In this document: positions 55,088 to 64,000 of the stretch, one piece after another
How the letters are laid out: the number at the start of each line of letters is the position of its first letter
Numbering within the stretch: position 1 is the stretch's first letter
Origin: Enterobacteriaceae bacterium PC38
Lineage (GTDB): Bacteria; Pseudomonadota; Gammaproteobacteria; Enterobacterales; Enterobacteriaceae_A
NCBI GenBank assembly: GCA_030849345.1
Contig: CP102983.1
Span: 66,911-130,910 of the forward strand
Length of the DNA stretch: 64,000 nt
Direction of reading: 5' to 3'
The notes under the pieces: model-generated
Databases searched by the model: none
Told to the model about the DNA's origin: nothing
The model's input: the letters and a program-made list of their open reading frames with translations, nothing else
Made by a program: the position numbers and the translations under genes

Positions 55088-55459
55088 ATGATACAAGAAC
55101 AAACTATATTAAATGTTGCTGATAATTCAGGTGCGCGTAAAGTAATGTGTATTAAAGTATTAGGTGGCTCTCGTAAACGTTATGCAAATATTGGAGATAT
55201 AATTAAAATTTCAATTAAAGAATTAATATCTAATAATAAAATTAAAAAAGGTGAAGTTTTAAAAGCAGTTATTGTAAGAACAAAAAAAGGTGTACGGCGT
55301 TCTGATGGATCAATTATACGTTTTGATAATAATGCATGTGTAATTTTAAATGATACAACATTACAACCTATAGGTACTAGAATTTTTGGTCCTGTAACGA
55401 GAGAATTACGTAATGAAAAATTTATGAAAATTATTTCTTTAGCTCCAGAGGTTATTTAA
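55088..55459 (+). CDS. rplN: 50S ribosomal protein L14
   Basis: [22 protein letters not shown]. Confidence 0.99.
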   Translation: MIQEQTILNVADNSGARKVMCIKVLGGSRKRYANIGDIIKISIKELISNNKIKKGEVLKAVIVRTKKGVRRSDGSIIRFDNNACVILNDTTLQPIGTRIFGPVTRELRNEKFMKIISLAPEVI

Positions 55460-55460
55460 A

Positions 55461-55742
55461 ATGATAAATAAAATTAAAAAAAATGATGAAGTTATAGTAA
55501 TTACAGGAAAAAATAAAGGTAAAATAGGTAAAATTTATAAAATTATATCTAAAAAAAAAGTTTTTATAAAGGGTTTAAATTTATTTAAAAAACATCAAAA
55601 ACCTATACCATCAATTAATCAAATTGGAGGAATATTTAAAAAAGAAAATTATATTCATATTTCTAATATTGCTATATTTAATAAACATATTAATAAAATT
55701 AATAAAAAAGGTTTAACTTTTAAAAATAAAAATATAAAATAA
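55461..55742 (+). CDS. rplX: 50S ribosomal protein L24
   Basis: [13 protein letters not shown] (KOW), KKHQKP, IHISNIA. Confidence 0.96.
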   Translation: MINKIKKNDEVIVITGKNKGKIGKIYKIISKKKVFIKGLNLFKKHQKPIPSINQIGGIFKKENYIHISNIAIFNKHINKINKKGLTFKNKNIK

Positions 55743-55773
55743 TAATATAATTATTAAATAATTTAAGGATAAA

Positions 55774-56331
55774 ATGGAAAGTTTAAATTATTATTATAAA
55801 AATAAAGTTATTTATGCTTTATTTAAAAAATTTAAATATAAATCTTTAATGCAAGTACCTAAAATTACTAAAATTGTTTTAAATGTTGGTTTAGGTGAAT
55901 TATCATTTAATAAAAAAAAATTAAATATTATAATTAATAATTTAGCAGTTATTTCTGGTCAAAAACCTATAATAACTAAATCAAAAAAATCAATTGCTAG
56001 TTTTAAATTAAGACAAAATAATCCAATTGGATGTAAAGTTACATTAAGAAATAAAAAAATGTGGAATTTTTTAAAAAAATTAATTTTTATTGCTATTCCA
56101 AGAATTAGAGATTTTCGTGGATTATCATTAAATTCATTTGATGGATATGGAAATTATAATATAGGTATTAAAGAACAAATTATTTTTCCTGAAATTGATT
56201 TTGAACAAATTGATTATATAAAAGGATTAAATATAACAATTGTTACTAATTCTAAATTTGATAATCAAGTATATAATTTGTTATCTTATTTTAATTTTCC
56301 ATTTAAAAAAATTGGATGCAAATATGACTAA
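55774..56331 (+). CDS. rplE: 50S ribosomal protein L5
   Basis: MQVPKI, GQKP, PRIRDFRG, EQIIFPEI. Confidence 0.98.
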   Translation: MESLNYYYKNKVIYALFKKFKYKSLMQVPKITKIVLNVGLGELSFNKKKLNIIINNLAVISGQKPIITKSKKSIASFKLRQNNPIGCKVTLRNKKMWNFLKKLIFIAIPRIRDFRGLSLNSFDGYGNYNIGIKEQIIFPEIDFEQIDYIKGLNITIVTNSKFDNQVYNLLSYFNFPFKKIGCKYD

Positions 56332-56629
56332 AAAATCTATTAAGATTAGAGAAATAAAAAAAATAAAATTAATAAATAAGTTTTTTTTAAAAAGAATTGA
56401 AATTAAAAAACAAATTAATAAAATTTCTTATTCTTTTAATAAAAAATTAGATTATGTTTTTAAATTACAATCTTTACCTAGAAATTCAAGTTATTCAAGA
56501 TACCATAATCGTTGTGTAAAAACAGGTAGATCTCGTGGTTATATTAATAAATTTGGTTTAAGTAGAATAAAATTTAGAGAAGCTGCTATGTTAGGTGAAA
56601 TTCCAGGTTTAAAAAAATCAAGTTGGTAA
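56324..56629 (+). CDS. rpsN: 30S ribosomal protein S14
   Basis: LPRNSS, NRCVKTGR, GEIPGLKKSSW; start taken at ATG 56324. Confidence 0.97.
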   Translation: MTKKSIKIREIKKIKLINKFFLKRIEIKKQINKISYSFNKKLDYVFKLQSLPRNSSYSRYHNRCVKTGRSRGYINKFGLSRIKFREAAMLGEIPGLKKSSW

Positions 56630-56663
56630 TTATATTTAAATTTAAAATATTATGGAGAAATTT

Positions 56664-57056
56664 ATGAGTTTACAAGATCCAATATCTAATATGTTAACTT
56701 ATATTAGAAATGGTCAAATAATAAAAAAAAAAAAAATTAATATACCATTTTCAAATATCAAAAAAGAAATTGCTAAAATTTTAAAACAAGAAGGATATAT
56801 AAAAGATTATAAAATAAAAATTAAAAATATAAAAAAAATAGAATTAATATTAAAATATTTTAAAAATAAACCTGTCATAGAAAATATTAAAAGAATAAGT
56901 AAACCTAGTTTACGTATATATAAAAAAAAAAAAAATTTACCAGTTGTTATGAATTATTTAGGAATAGCTATTATATCTACTTCAAAGGGTATAATGACTG
57001 ATAGTTTAGCTAGGAAATTAGGATTAGGTGGTGAAATTATTTGTTATATTTATTAA
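56664..57056 (+). CDS. rpsH: 30S ribosomal protein S8
   Basis: [23 protein letters not shown]. Confidence 0.97.
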   Translation: MSLQDPISNMLTYIRNGQIIKKKKINIPFSNIKKEIAKILKQEGYIKDYKIKIKNIKKIELILKYFKNKPVIENIKRISKPSLRIYKKKKNLPVVMNYLGIAIISTSKGIMTDSLARKLGLGGEIICYIY

Positions 57057-57066
57057 AGGAAAATAA

Positions 57067-57600
57067 ATGTCACGTATTGCTAAAAAACCTATTTTAATAC
57101 CTAAAGATGTTAAAGTAAATATATTTAAAAATATTATTAATATTAATGGTAAAAATGGAATATTAAAATATATTATTCATAAAAATGTAGTTATAAAAAA
57201 AGAAAAAAAATTTATTTTTTTTTCTACATGTATAAATAATAAATATTCATGGTCTTTAGCTGGTACTACAAGATCTATTATTAATTCAATGATAATTGGT
57301 GTAACTATTGGTTTTAAAAAAAAATTAAAATTAGTTGGAGTAGGTTATAAAATTAATATTAAAAAAAATATTTTAATATTATCTCTGGGTTTTTCACATA
57401 CAAAAAATTATATTTTACCTAATGGAATTACCGCTATTTGTTTAAATAAAAATGAAATTTTATTAAATAGTATTAATAAACAATTAATTGGTCAAGTTGC
57501 AGCAGATATTAGATTATTTCATATTCCAGATCCTTATAAAGGAAAAGGCATACGTTATGAAAATGAAATTATTAAATTAAAAGAAACTAAAAAAAAATAA
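57067..57600 (+). CDS. rplF: 50S ribosomal protein L6
   Basis: MSRIAK, GVGY, LGFSH, PYKGKGIRY. Confidence 0.98.
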   Translation: MSRIAKKPILIPKDVKVNIFKNIININGKNGILKYIIHKNVVIKKEKKFIFFSTCINNKYSWSLAGTTRSIINSMIIGVTIGFKKKLKLVGVGYKINIKKNILILSLGFSHTKNYILPNGITAICLNKNEILLNSINKQLIGQVAADIRLFHIPDPYKGKGIRYENEIIKLKETKKK

Positions 57601-57609
57601 GAGTGTATA

Positions 57610-57957
57610 ATGTCAAAAAAAAACTTACGCTTAAAAAGAATAAAATTTTTACGTATTAAAATAAAAAAAAAAGCAATTATTAGATTAGTAATATTTCGTA
57701 CTTTATTAAATATATATGCACAAATAATTTTTAACAATAATACATTATTTTCTATTTCTACATTAAATAAAAAAATTACTAATATTTATAATTATTCAGG
57801 TAATAAATATGCAGCTTCTATAATTGGAAATATTATAGCTAAATATTGTATTAATAATGGTATTAAAAAAATTATATTTGATAGATCTGGATATAAATAT
57901 CATGGTAGAATTAAATCATTAGCTGAATCAGCACGTGAAACTGGTTTATTTTTTTAA
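57610..57957 (+). CDS. rplR: 50S ribosomal protein L18
   Basis: IYAQII, FDRSGYKYHGRI, ARETGL. Confidence 0.96.
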   Translation: MSKKNLRLKRIKFLRIKIKKKAIIRLVIFRTLLNIYAQIIFNNNTLFSISTLNKKITNIYNYSGNKYAASIIGNIIAKYCINNGIKKIIFDRSGYKYHGRIKSLAESARETGLFF

Positions 57958-57968
57958 GGATTTGATTA

Positions 57969-58466
57969 TTGTACATTGAAAAAAATTTCGAATTTCAAGA
58001 AAAATTAATTAATATTAATAGAGTTTCAAAAACTGTAAAGGGGGGTAGAATTTTTAGTTTTACTGCATTAACTGTTATAGGAAATGGAAAAGGTAAAGTA
58101 GGATTTGGATATGGAAAATCTAAAGAAGTTCCTTTAGCTATTAAAAAATCAATTGAAAAAGCTAAACGAAATATTATTAATATTTCATTAAAAAAAAAAA
58201 CTTTACATCATTCTATTATAAGTAAACATACAGGATCAATTATATTTATGAAACCTGCTTCAGAAGGAACTGGTATAATTGCAGGAGGTGCAATGAGATC
58301 AGTATTAGAAGTTGCTGGAATACATAATGTTTTAGCTAAAACTTATGGTTCTACAAATCCTATAAATATAGTAAAAGCTACTATTAAAGCATTATCAAAT
58401 ATGAAAACATTAAAAGAAATTTCTATAAAAAGAGGTAAAACAACTTTAGATATTTGGAGTAATTAA
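57969..58466 (+). CDS. rpsE: 30S ribosomal protein S5 (TTG start)
   Basis: [25 protein letters not shown]. Confidence 0.98.
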   Translation: MYIEKNFEFQEKLININRVSKTVKGGRIFSFTALTVIGNGKGKVGFGYGKSKEVPLAIKKSIEKAKRNIINISLKKKTLHHSIISKHTGSIIFMKPASEGTGIIAGGAMRSVLEVAGIHNVLAKTYGSTNPINIVKATIKALSNMKTLKEISIKRGKTTLDIWSN

Positions 58467-58467
58467 A

Positions 58468-58647
58468 ATGAATAAAATTTTAAAAATTAAACAAATTAGA
58501 AGTTCTATAGGAATTAAACCAAAACACAAAGTTATTTTAAAAAATTTAGGTTTAGGTAAAATTAATAAAATTATTAAAGTTAAAAATACTAAATCTATAT
58601 ATGGAATGTTAAAAATTATTTATTATATGATTAATATTCAGGATTAA
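58468..58647 (+). CDS. rpmD: 50S ribosomal protein L30 (not in ORF track)
   Basis: Manual translation [32 protein letters not shown]..; 59 aa, between rpsE and rplO. Confidence 0.95.
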   Translation: MNKILKIKQIRSSIGIKPKHKVILKNLGLGKINKIIKVKNTKSIYGMLKIIYYMINIQD

Positions 58648-58651
58648 AATT

Positions 58652-59104
58652 ATGTATTTAAATAATTTATATTCACCTAATAAATGTAAATTTTATAAAA
58701 AACGTTTAGGTAGAGGAATAGGGTCTGGTTTAGGTAAAACATGCGGTAGAGGACATAAAGGACAAAGTAGTCGTTCTGGAAATAATGTTAAAAGGGGTTT
58801 TGAAGGAGGACAAACACCTTTATACAAACGTATACCTAAATTTGGTTTTATATCAAAAAAACAAAAATTTAAAAAAGAAATACGTTTATATGAATTAAAT
58901 AAAATTAAATATAATTATATTAATTTAAATATTTTAAAAAAATATAAGTTTATTAAAAAAAGAAAAATAATTAAAATTATATTAAATGGAATACTTAATA
59001 AAAGTATTAATTTTTTAAATTTTTTAATTACTATAGGTGTTAAGTTTTTAATTAAAAAATTTAATAATAATATAAAGGATAAAATATATGAAAGGAATAT
59101 TTAA
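58652..59104 (+). CDS. rplO: 50S ribosomal protein L15
   Basis: [30 protein letters not shown]. Confidence 0.97.
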   Translation: MYLNNLYSPNKCKFYKKRLGRGIGSGLGKTCGRGHKGQSSRSGNNVKRGFEGGQTPLYKRIPKFGFISKKQKFKKEIRLYELNKIKYNYINLNILKKYKFIKKRKIIKIILNGILNKSINFLNFLITIGVKFLIKKFNNNIKDKIYERNI

Positions 59105-60389
59105 TAATTATAAAAGTAGTTTTTATTATTTAAAATATAAAATTTTATTTATTATTTGTGTTTTAATTATATTTCGGATAGGATCTTTTATACCTATATT
59201 AGGAATTGATATTAATATTTTAAATAATTTTTTTGTTCAAAATAATAATAGTAATATTATTGAAATGTTAAATATTTTTTCCGGAAATAGTTTAAGTCAT
59301 ATGTCTATATTTTCTTTAGGTTTAATTCCTTATATATCTGCTTCTATTATTGTTCAAATAATTATTTTTATTTATCCAAAATTAATTAAAAAAAATAAAA
59401 AAATAAGTAATAATATAAATAAAATTATTAAATATTTTACTTTATTTTTTGCAATATTTCAATCTATTATTATTTTAATTAATTTTAATAAAATATTTCA
59501 ATTTAATAATTTAATTGTAAATTATAGTAATTTTTTACATTTAATTTTTATTATTAATTTAATAACTGGTTCAATGATATTAATGTGGTTAGGTGAAAAA
59601 ATAACTGAAAATAGTATTTGCAATGGTATTTCAATAATTATGTGTATTGGTATATTAATTGGTTTTCCACCTTATATTAATAATATTTTATTAAACAAAA
59701 AATTTAATAATTTTATTTTTTTAAAAATAATTTTATTTTTATTATTATTATTTATAATTATTTTTATAATTTTTTTTATTGAATGTTCACAAAGGAAAAT
59801 TTTTTTAAATCATCAACAAAATAAAAATAGATGTAAATTTTATTCTAATAAAAACATTTATTTACCTATTAAAATAAATATATCTGGTGTAATTCCTATA
59901 ATTTTTTCTTCTAGTGTTGTTCTTTTTATTACAAATTTAATATATTTTATAATTAAAAAATTTAATAAATATATAATAATCGAAAAAATTATTTTATGTT
60001 TACAACCTGGAAATATTATTTATATTATTTTATATATTAATTTTATTATTTTATTTAGTTTTTTATGTATAAATTTATTTTTTAATTCTAAAGAAACAGC
60101 AAATAATTTAAAAAAATCAAATACATTTATATATGGTATAAGACCTGGAAGTAAAACAGAAAAATATATTAATAATATTGTTATACGTTTAAATAATTTA
60201 GGCATAATATATATATTATTTATTTGTTTAATACCTGAATTATTTAATAAAATAATTGGAATTCCATTTTATTTATGTGGAAATTCAATATTAATTGTTA
60301 CTTTAGTTATAATAGATTTTATTTCACAAATACAAACATTATTAATTGAAAAGCAATATAATTCAATATTTAAAAAAAATAATTTTTAA
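59088..60389 (+). CDS. secY: Preprotein translocase SecY, diverged
   Basis: [39 protein letters not shown]; operon position. Confidence 0.95.
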   Translation: MKGIFNNYKSSFYYLKYKILFIICVLIIFRIGSFIPILGIDINILNNFFVQNNNSNIIEMLNIFSGNSLSHMSIFSLGLIPYISASIIVQIIIFIYPKLIKKNKKISNNINKIIKYFTLFFAIFQSIIILINFNKIFQFNNLIVNYSNFLHLIFIINLITGSMILMWLGEKITENSICNGISIIMCIGILIGFPPYINNILLNKKFNNFIFLKIILFLLLLFIIIFIIFFIECSQRKIFLNHQQNKNRCKFYSNKNIYLPIKINISGVIPIIFSSSVVLFITNLIYFIIKKFNKYIIIEKIILCLQPGNIIYIILYINFIILFSFLCINLFFNSKETANNLKKSNTFIYGIRPGSKTEKYINNIVIRLNNLGIIYILFICLIPELFNKIIGIPFYLCGNSILIVTLVIIDFISQIQTLLIEKQYNSIFKKNNF

Positions 60390-60423
60390 TTATAAAATAA
60401 TAATTTTAAATTAAGATAATTAT

Positions 60424-60540
60424 ATGAAAGTTCGTGCTGCAATAAAAAAAATTTGTAGAAATTGTAAAATTATTAAAAGAAAAAGAGTAATTCGTATTGT
60501 ATGTAGTTTTTCATTAAAACATAAGCAAAGGCAAGGTTAA
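60424..60540 (+). CDS. rpmJ: 50S ribosomal protein L36 (not in ORF track)
   Basis: [38 protein letters not shown]. Confidence 0.97.
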   Translation: MKVRAAIKKICRNCKIIKRKRVIRIVCSFSLKHKQRQG

Positions 60541-60584
60541 TTATTAAAATTATTTTAAATTTATTTATTATTTAAGGAAAATTT

Positions 60585-60938
60585 ATGCGTATATTAGGAA
60601 TTAATATCCCAGAAAATCAACATGTATTAATAGCATTAACTAAAATTTTTGGTATAGGCAAATCTAGATCAAAAATGATATGTTTATCATTGAATATTAA
60701 TCAAAATATAAAAATAAAGTATTTGAAAAATAAACAAATTGATTTTATCAGAGAATATATATCAAAATTTATTTTAGAAGGTGATTTACGTAGAGAAATT
60801 AAACTAAATATTAAAAGATTAATTGATATTAATTGTTATAGAGGTATAAGACATAAAAAAAATTTACCTGTTAGAGGTCAAAGAACTAAAACTAATGCAA
60901 GAACTTCTAAAGGTCCTAGAAAATTAATTAAAAAATAA
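60585..60938 (+). CDS. rpsM: 30S ribosomal protein S13
   Basis: [27 protein letters not shown]. Confidence 0.98.
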   Translation: MRILGINIPENQHVLIALTKIFGIGKSRSKMICLSLNINQNIKIKYLKNKQIDFIREYISKFILEGDLRREIKLNIKRLIDINCYRGIRHKKNLPVRGQRTKTNARTSKGPRKLIKK

Positions 60939-60949
60939 TTGGAAAAATA

Positions 60950-61396
60950 ATGCATAAAAATATTATAAATAAAAATAATAAAAAAAAAAATAACAAAATT
61001 AATAAAAAAATTATTAAAAAAAAAAAAATTAAAATTATAAATAAAAAAAAAATTTTAGATGGTATAGTACATATAAATGCTACTTTTAACAATACAATAA
61101 TTTCTGTTTCTGATACTAAAGGAAATGTTTTAATATCATCAAGTTCTGGTTCAGAAGGATTTAAGGGATCAAAAAAATCAACACCATTTGCAGCACAAAT
61201 AGTTGCTGAAAAAACTGCACTTTTTGCTAAAAAAACTGGAATTAAAAATTTAGAATTTAAAATAAAAGGCCCAGGACCAGGTAGGGAATCTGCTATTAGA
61301 TCTTTTAATACTTTAGGTTTTAATATAATAAATATTATAGATGTTACTCCAATTCCTCATAATGGCTGCAGACCTCCTAAAAAAAGACGTGTTTAA
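60950..61396 (+). CDS. rpsK: 30S ribosomal protein S11 with Lys/Asn-rich N-terminal extension
   Basis: [40 protein letters not shown]. Confidence 0.98.
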   Translation: MHKNIINKNNKKKNNKINKKIIKKKKIKIINKKKILDGIVHINATFNNTIISVSDTKGNVLISSSSGSEGFKGSKKSTPFAAQIVAEKTALFAKKTGIKNLEFKIKGPGPGRESAIRSFNTLGFNIINIIDVTPIPHNGCRPPKKRRV

Positions 61397-61422
61397 ATTT
61401 TATTAAAATTTAAGGATATAAT

Positions 61423-62043
61423 ATGGCTAAATTTTTAGGTTCAAAACTTAAATTATGTAGACGTGAAAATTTTGATTTATATTTAAAATCTGGTATTAAA
61501 GATATTAATTTAAAATGTAATATTAAAAAATTACCTGGGCAAATTAATTTAAATAAAATACGTTTATCTGATTATGCTTTGCAATTACGTGAAAAACAAA
61601 AAGTACGTCGTATTTATGGTATTTTAGAAAAACAATTTAGAAATTATTATAAAAAAGCAAATCGTTTAAAAGGTAGTACTAGTATTAATTTATTACAATT
61701 ACTTGAACTTAGATTAGATAATATTATTTATCGTATGGGATTTAGTTCTACTCGTTCTGAAGCTAAACAATTAATTAGTCATAAATTAGTTTTAATAAAT
61801 AATAAAATTGTCAATATTTCATCATATCAAGTTTTATTAAATGATTGTATTAAAATAAATAATAAATTTATAAATCAAGAACGTATTAAGTTTTCTATTA
61901 AAATGTTTAATAAAAGAGATAAACCTAATTGGTTATATATTGATCATAATATTTTACAAGGATATTTATTAAGATTACCTAAAAGATCAGATATATATTT
62001 TAATATTAATGAACAATTAATAATAGAATTATATTCTAAATAA
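61423..62043 (+). CDS. rpsD: 30S ribosomal protein S4
   Basis: QLREKQK, LELRLDN, NEQLIIELYSK. Confidence 0.98.
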   Translation: MAKFLGSKLKLCRRENFDLYLKSGIKDINLKCNIKKLPGQINLNKIRLSDYALQLREKQKVRRIYGILEKQFRNYYKKANRLKGSTSINLLQLLELRLDNIIYRMGFSSTRSEAKQLISHKLVLINNKIVNISSYQVLLNDCIKINNKFINQERIKFSIKMFNKRDKPNWLYIDHNILQGYLLRLPKRSDIYFNINEQLIIELYSK

Positions 62044-62088
62044 ATATTTAAAATTAAATTTATTAATATATATCTTTTCATATATAAC

Positions 62089-62112
62089 TTTTTTTTTTTT
62101 TTTTTTTTTTTT
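62089..62112 (+). repeat. T24 homopolymer in the rpsD-rpoA spacer
   Basis: 24 consecutive T counted directly. Confidence 0.9.
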
Positions 62113-62181
62113 ATATATAATTTAATTTACTTATAAAATTTATAATTTTATATATTTAATAATTTTATTTAATGATAATTT

Positions 62182-63219
62182 ATGAAAAAAAAAAAAAATA
62201 CGTTTTTTTTTATTAAATTTTTGAAACCAAAAATTAAAAAAATTGAAAAGTTAAATTCTATTTGTAGTAAAATAATTTTAGAACCTCTTGAAAAGGGTTT
62301 TGGACAAACATTTGGTAATTCAATTAGAAGAGTATTACTTTCTTCAATACCTGGATGTGCAGTAACTGAAATTAAAATTAACGGTATATTACATGAATAT
62401 AGTGTTATAAAAGGAATGAAGGAAAGTGTATTAGAATTAATATTAAATTTAAAATATTTATCTATAAATATTAAAAATAGTAATACAGCTTACGTTAAAA
62501 TTAAAAAAGAAGGTTGTTGTAATTTAACTGGTTATGATATTATGCAAAATAATAAAGATGTCAAAATTTTTAACCCAAATCATATTATATGTCATTTAAC
62601 ATATTGGAAAGCAAAAATAGAAATTGAAATGAAAATTGAAAGAGGTAGGGGGTATTTTCCAGCATTTTTAAGAAAAGATGAAAGAAAACTTGGAACAATT
62701 TTACTAGATGCTTATTTTAATCCTGTAAAATATGTTTCATATAATATTAAACCAACAGTTTTTGAAAATAGAGAAAATTTAGATAGTTTAACTATGGTAA
62801 TAGAAACTAATGGATCAATTGATCCAGAAATAGCATTTAGAACTTCATCAACAATTTTAGCTGAACAATTTTCAGTTTTTATGGACTCAAATAGTACAGT
62901 TAAACCAGAAATAAAATTTAAAAAACCAAAAATAAATCCTATATTATTAAGACATGTTGAAGAATTAGAATTAACTGTTCGTTCTTCTAATTGTTTAAAA
63001 TCAGAAGCTATACATTATATAGGTGATTTAGTACAATGTACTGAAGTAGAACTTTTAAAAACACCAAATTTAGGTAAAAAATCACTTTCTGAGATTAAAG
63101 AAATATTAAATTCACATGGTTTATCTTTAGGTATGAGAATAGAAAATTGGCCACCTTCAAAAAAATATGGAATTAAAAAAAAAATAATTATTTTAAAAAG
63201 GATTAAATATGAGACATAA
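62182..63219 (+). CDS. rpoA: RNA polymerase alpha subunit
   Basis: [41 protein letters not shown]. Confidence 0.98.
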   Translation: MKKKKNTFFFIKFLKPKIKKIEKLNSICSKIILEPLEKGFGQTFGNSIRRVLLSSIPGCAVTEIKINGILHEYSVIKGMKESVLELILNLKYLSINIKNSNTAYVKIKKEGCCNLTGYDIMQNNKDVKIFNPNHIICHLTYWKAKIEIEMKIERGRGYFPAFLRKDERKLGTILLDAYFNPVKYVSYNIKPTVFENRENLDSLTMVIETNGSIDPEIAFRTSSTILAEQFSVFMDSNSTVKPEIKFKKPKINPILLRHVEELELTVRSSNCLKSEAIHYIGDLVQCTEVELLKTPNLGKKSLSEIKEILNSHGLSLGMRIENWPPSKKYGIKKKIIILKRIKYET

Positions 63220-63592
63220 AAAATGTGGTAAGTTATTAAATAGAAATAGTAGTCATCGTAAATTAATGTTTCGTAATATGATTTGTTCATTAATAAATTA
63301 TGAAATTATAAAAACAACATTAGTAAAAGCAAAGGAATTAAGACGTTTTATTGAACCTATTATTACTATTTCAAAAAAAGATATAGTTAAAAATAGACGT
63401 TTAGTTTTTTCAAAAATTAGAAATAATAAAATAATAAATAAATTATTTACTAAAATTGCTCCAATTTATTTAAAAAGACATGGAGGTTATACTAGAATAT
63501 TTAAATGCGGTTTTAGAAAAGGAGATAATACATTAATGGCATATATAGAATTAGTTGATAGAAATAAAATTATTAATTTTATAAATAATTAA
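63209..63592 (+). CDS. rplQ: 50S ribosomal protein L17
   Basis: [26 protein letters not shown]. Confidence 0.98.
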   Translation: MRHKKCGKLLNRNSSHRKLMFRNMICSLINYEIIKTTLVKAKELRRFIEPIITISKKDIVKNRRLVFSKIRNNKIINKLFTKIAPIYLKRHGGYTRIFKCGFRKGDNTLMAYIELVDRNKIINFINN

Positions 63593-63648
63593 TATTTTTT
63601 TTATAAATATAACAAATATTTTAATATTTATATTTTTTATTTTATTTT

Positions 63649-63720
63649 TGTCCCCTAGGGGATTTGAACCCCTGTTGCCGCCGTGAAAGGGCAGTGTCCT
63701 AACCTTTAGACGAAGGGGAC
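63649..63720 (-). tRNA. tRNA-Glu(TTC)
   Basis: Reverse complement GTCCCCTTCGTCTA..CCCTTTCACGG..GGTTCAAATCCCCTAGGGGACA; no encoded CCA. Confidence 0.95.
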
Positions 63721-63848
63721 TTATTAAAATTAAATATATTTTATATTATAAAATATCAAGCCTTAAATTTTATTAGCTTCGATATTTAATAATTTCAATA
63801 TTTTATTTTAATAAATTTTAAAATATTTATAATAATTTATTAATTAAA

Positions 63849-64000
63849 ATGAAAATTAATATACATCCAAAATATATAAAAATAAATTTCACTTGTGCTT
63901 GTGGAAATATAATTAAAGTTTTTTCTATTATATGTAAAAATAAAAATTTAGATATTTGTAATAATTGTCATCCTTTTTATACAGGTACACAAAGAGAAGA
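63849..64000 (+). CDS. rpmE: 50S ribosomal protein L31, 3'-truncated by window edge
   Basis: [26 protein letters not shown] (zinc-binding type). Confidence 0.95.
   Translation, partial: MKINIHPKYIKINFTCACGNIIKVFSIICKNKNLDICNNCHPFYTGTQRE

Noticed and set aside
3179..63290. Short ORFs nested in or antisense to real genes (3179, 3360, 10247, 23955, 24534, 28512, 30268, 31713, 42267, 47932, 49624, 51272, 52649, 57555, 60020, 63015)
   Set aside because: They overlap well-identified genes, show no recognisable motifs, and have the F/L/I-rich composition expected for shadow frames of Lys/Asn-rich genes.

Overview
Extremely AT-rich, gene-dense segment of a strongly reduced enterobacterial (Gammaproteobacteria) genome, typical of an obligate insect endosymbiont. 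The host and species cannot be named from this window. The standard code applies (Trp = TGG; stops almost all TAA). Content is housekeeping: aminoacyl-tRNA synthetases (aspS partial, serS, hisS, ileS, proS), central metabolism (gapA, pykA, gnd, ptsH/ptsI), chaperones and proteases (dnaKJ, clpPX), RNA modification (mnmA, tusE, tilS, rlmB, rlmN), ribA, fpr/fldA, an Fsr-type MFS transporter, dnaE, the S10-spc-alpha ribosomal cluster, six tRNAs and a shortened tmRNA. I saw no mobile element or CRISPR array. The most notable observations are: (1) four DnaA-box matches arranged as two perfect palindromes between frr and dnaE (candidate oriC or DnaA control site); (2) an intact pdxJ-like ORF that has lost essentially all catalytic residues; (3) serS split by three tandem poly(A) tracts that need two compensating indels; (4) a tusE gene missed by the ORF track because it has no canonical start; (5) a full-length lepA pseudogene with lepB absent from the locus; (6) a possible miniature bL21; (7) a 42-bp hairpin tandem repeat between clpP and clpX. 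All gene identities rest on motif recognition and synteny from memory, not on database searches.
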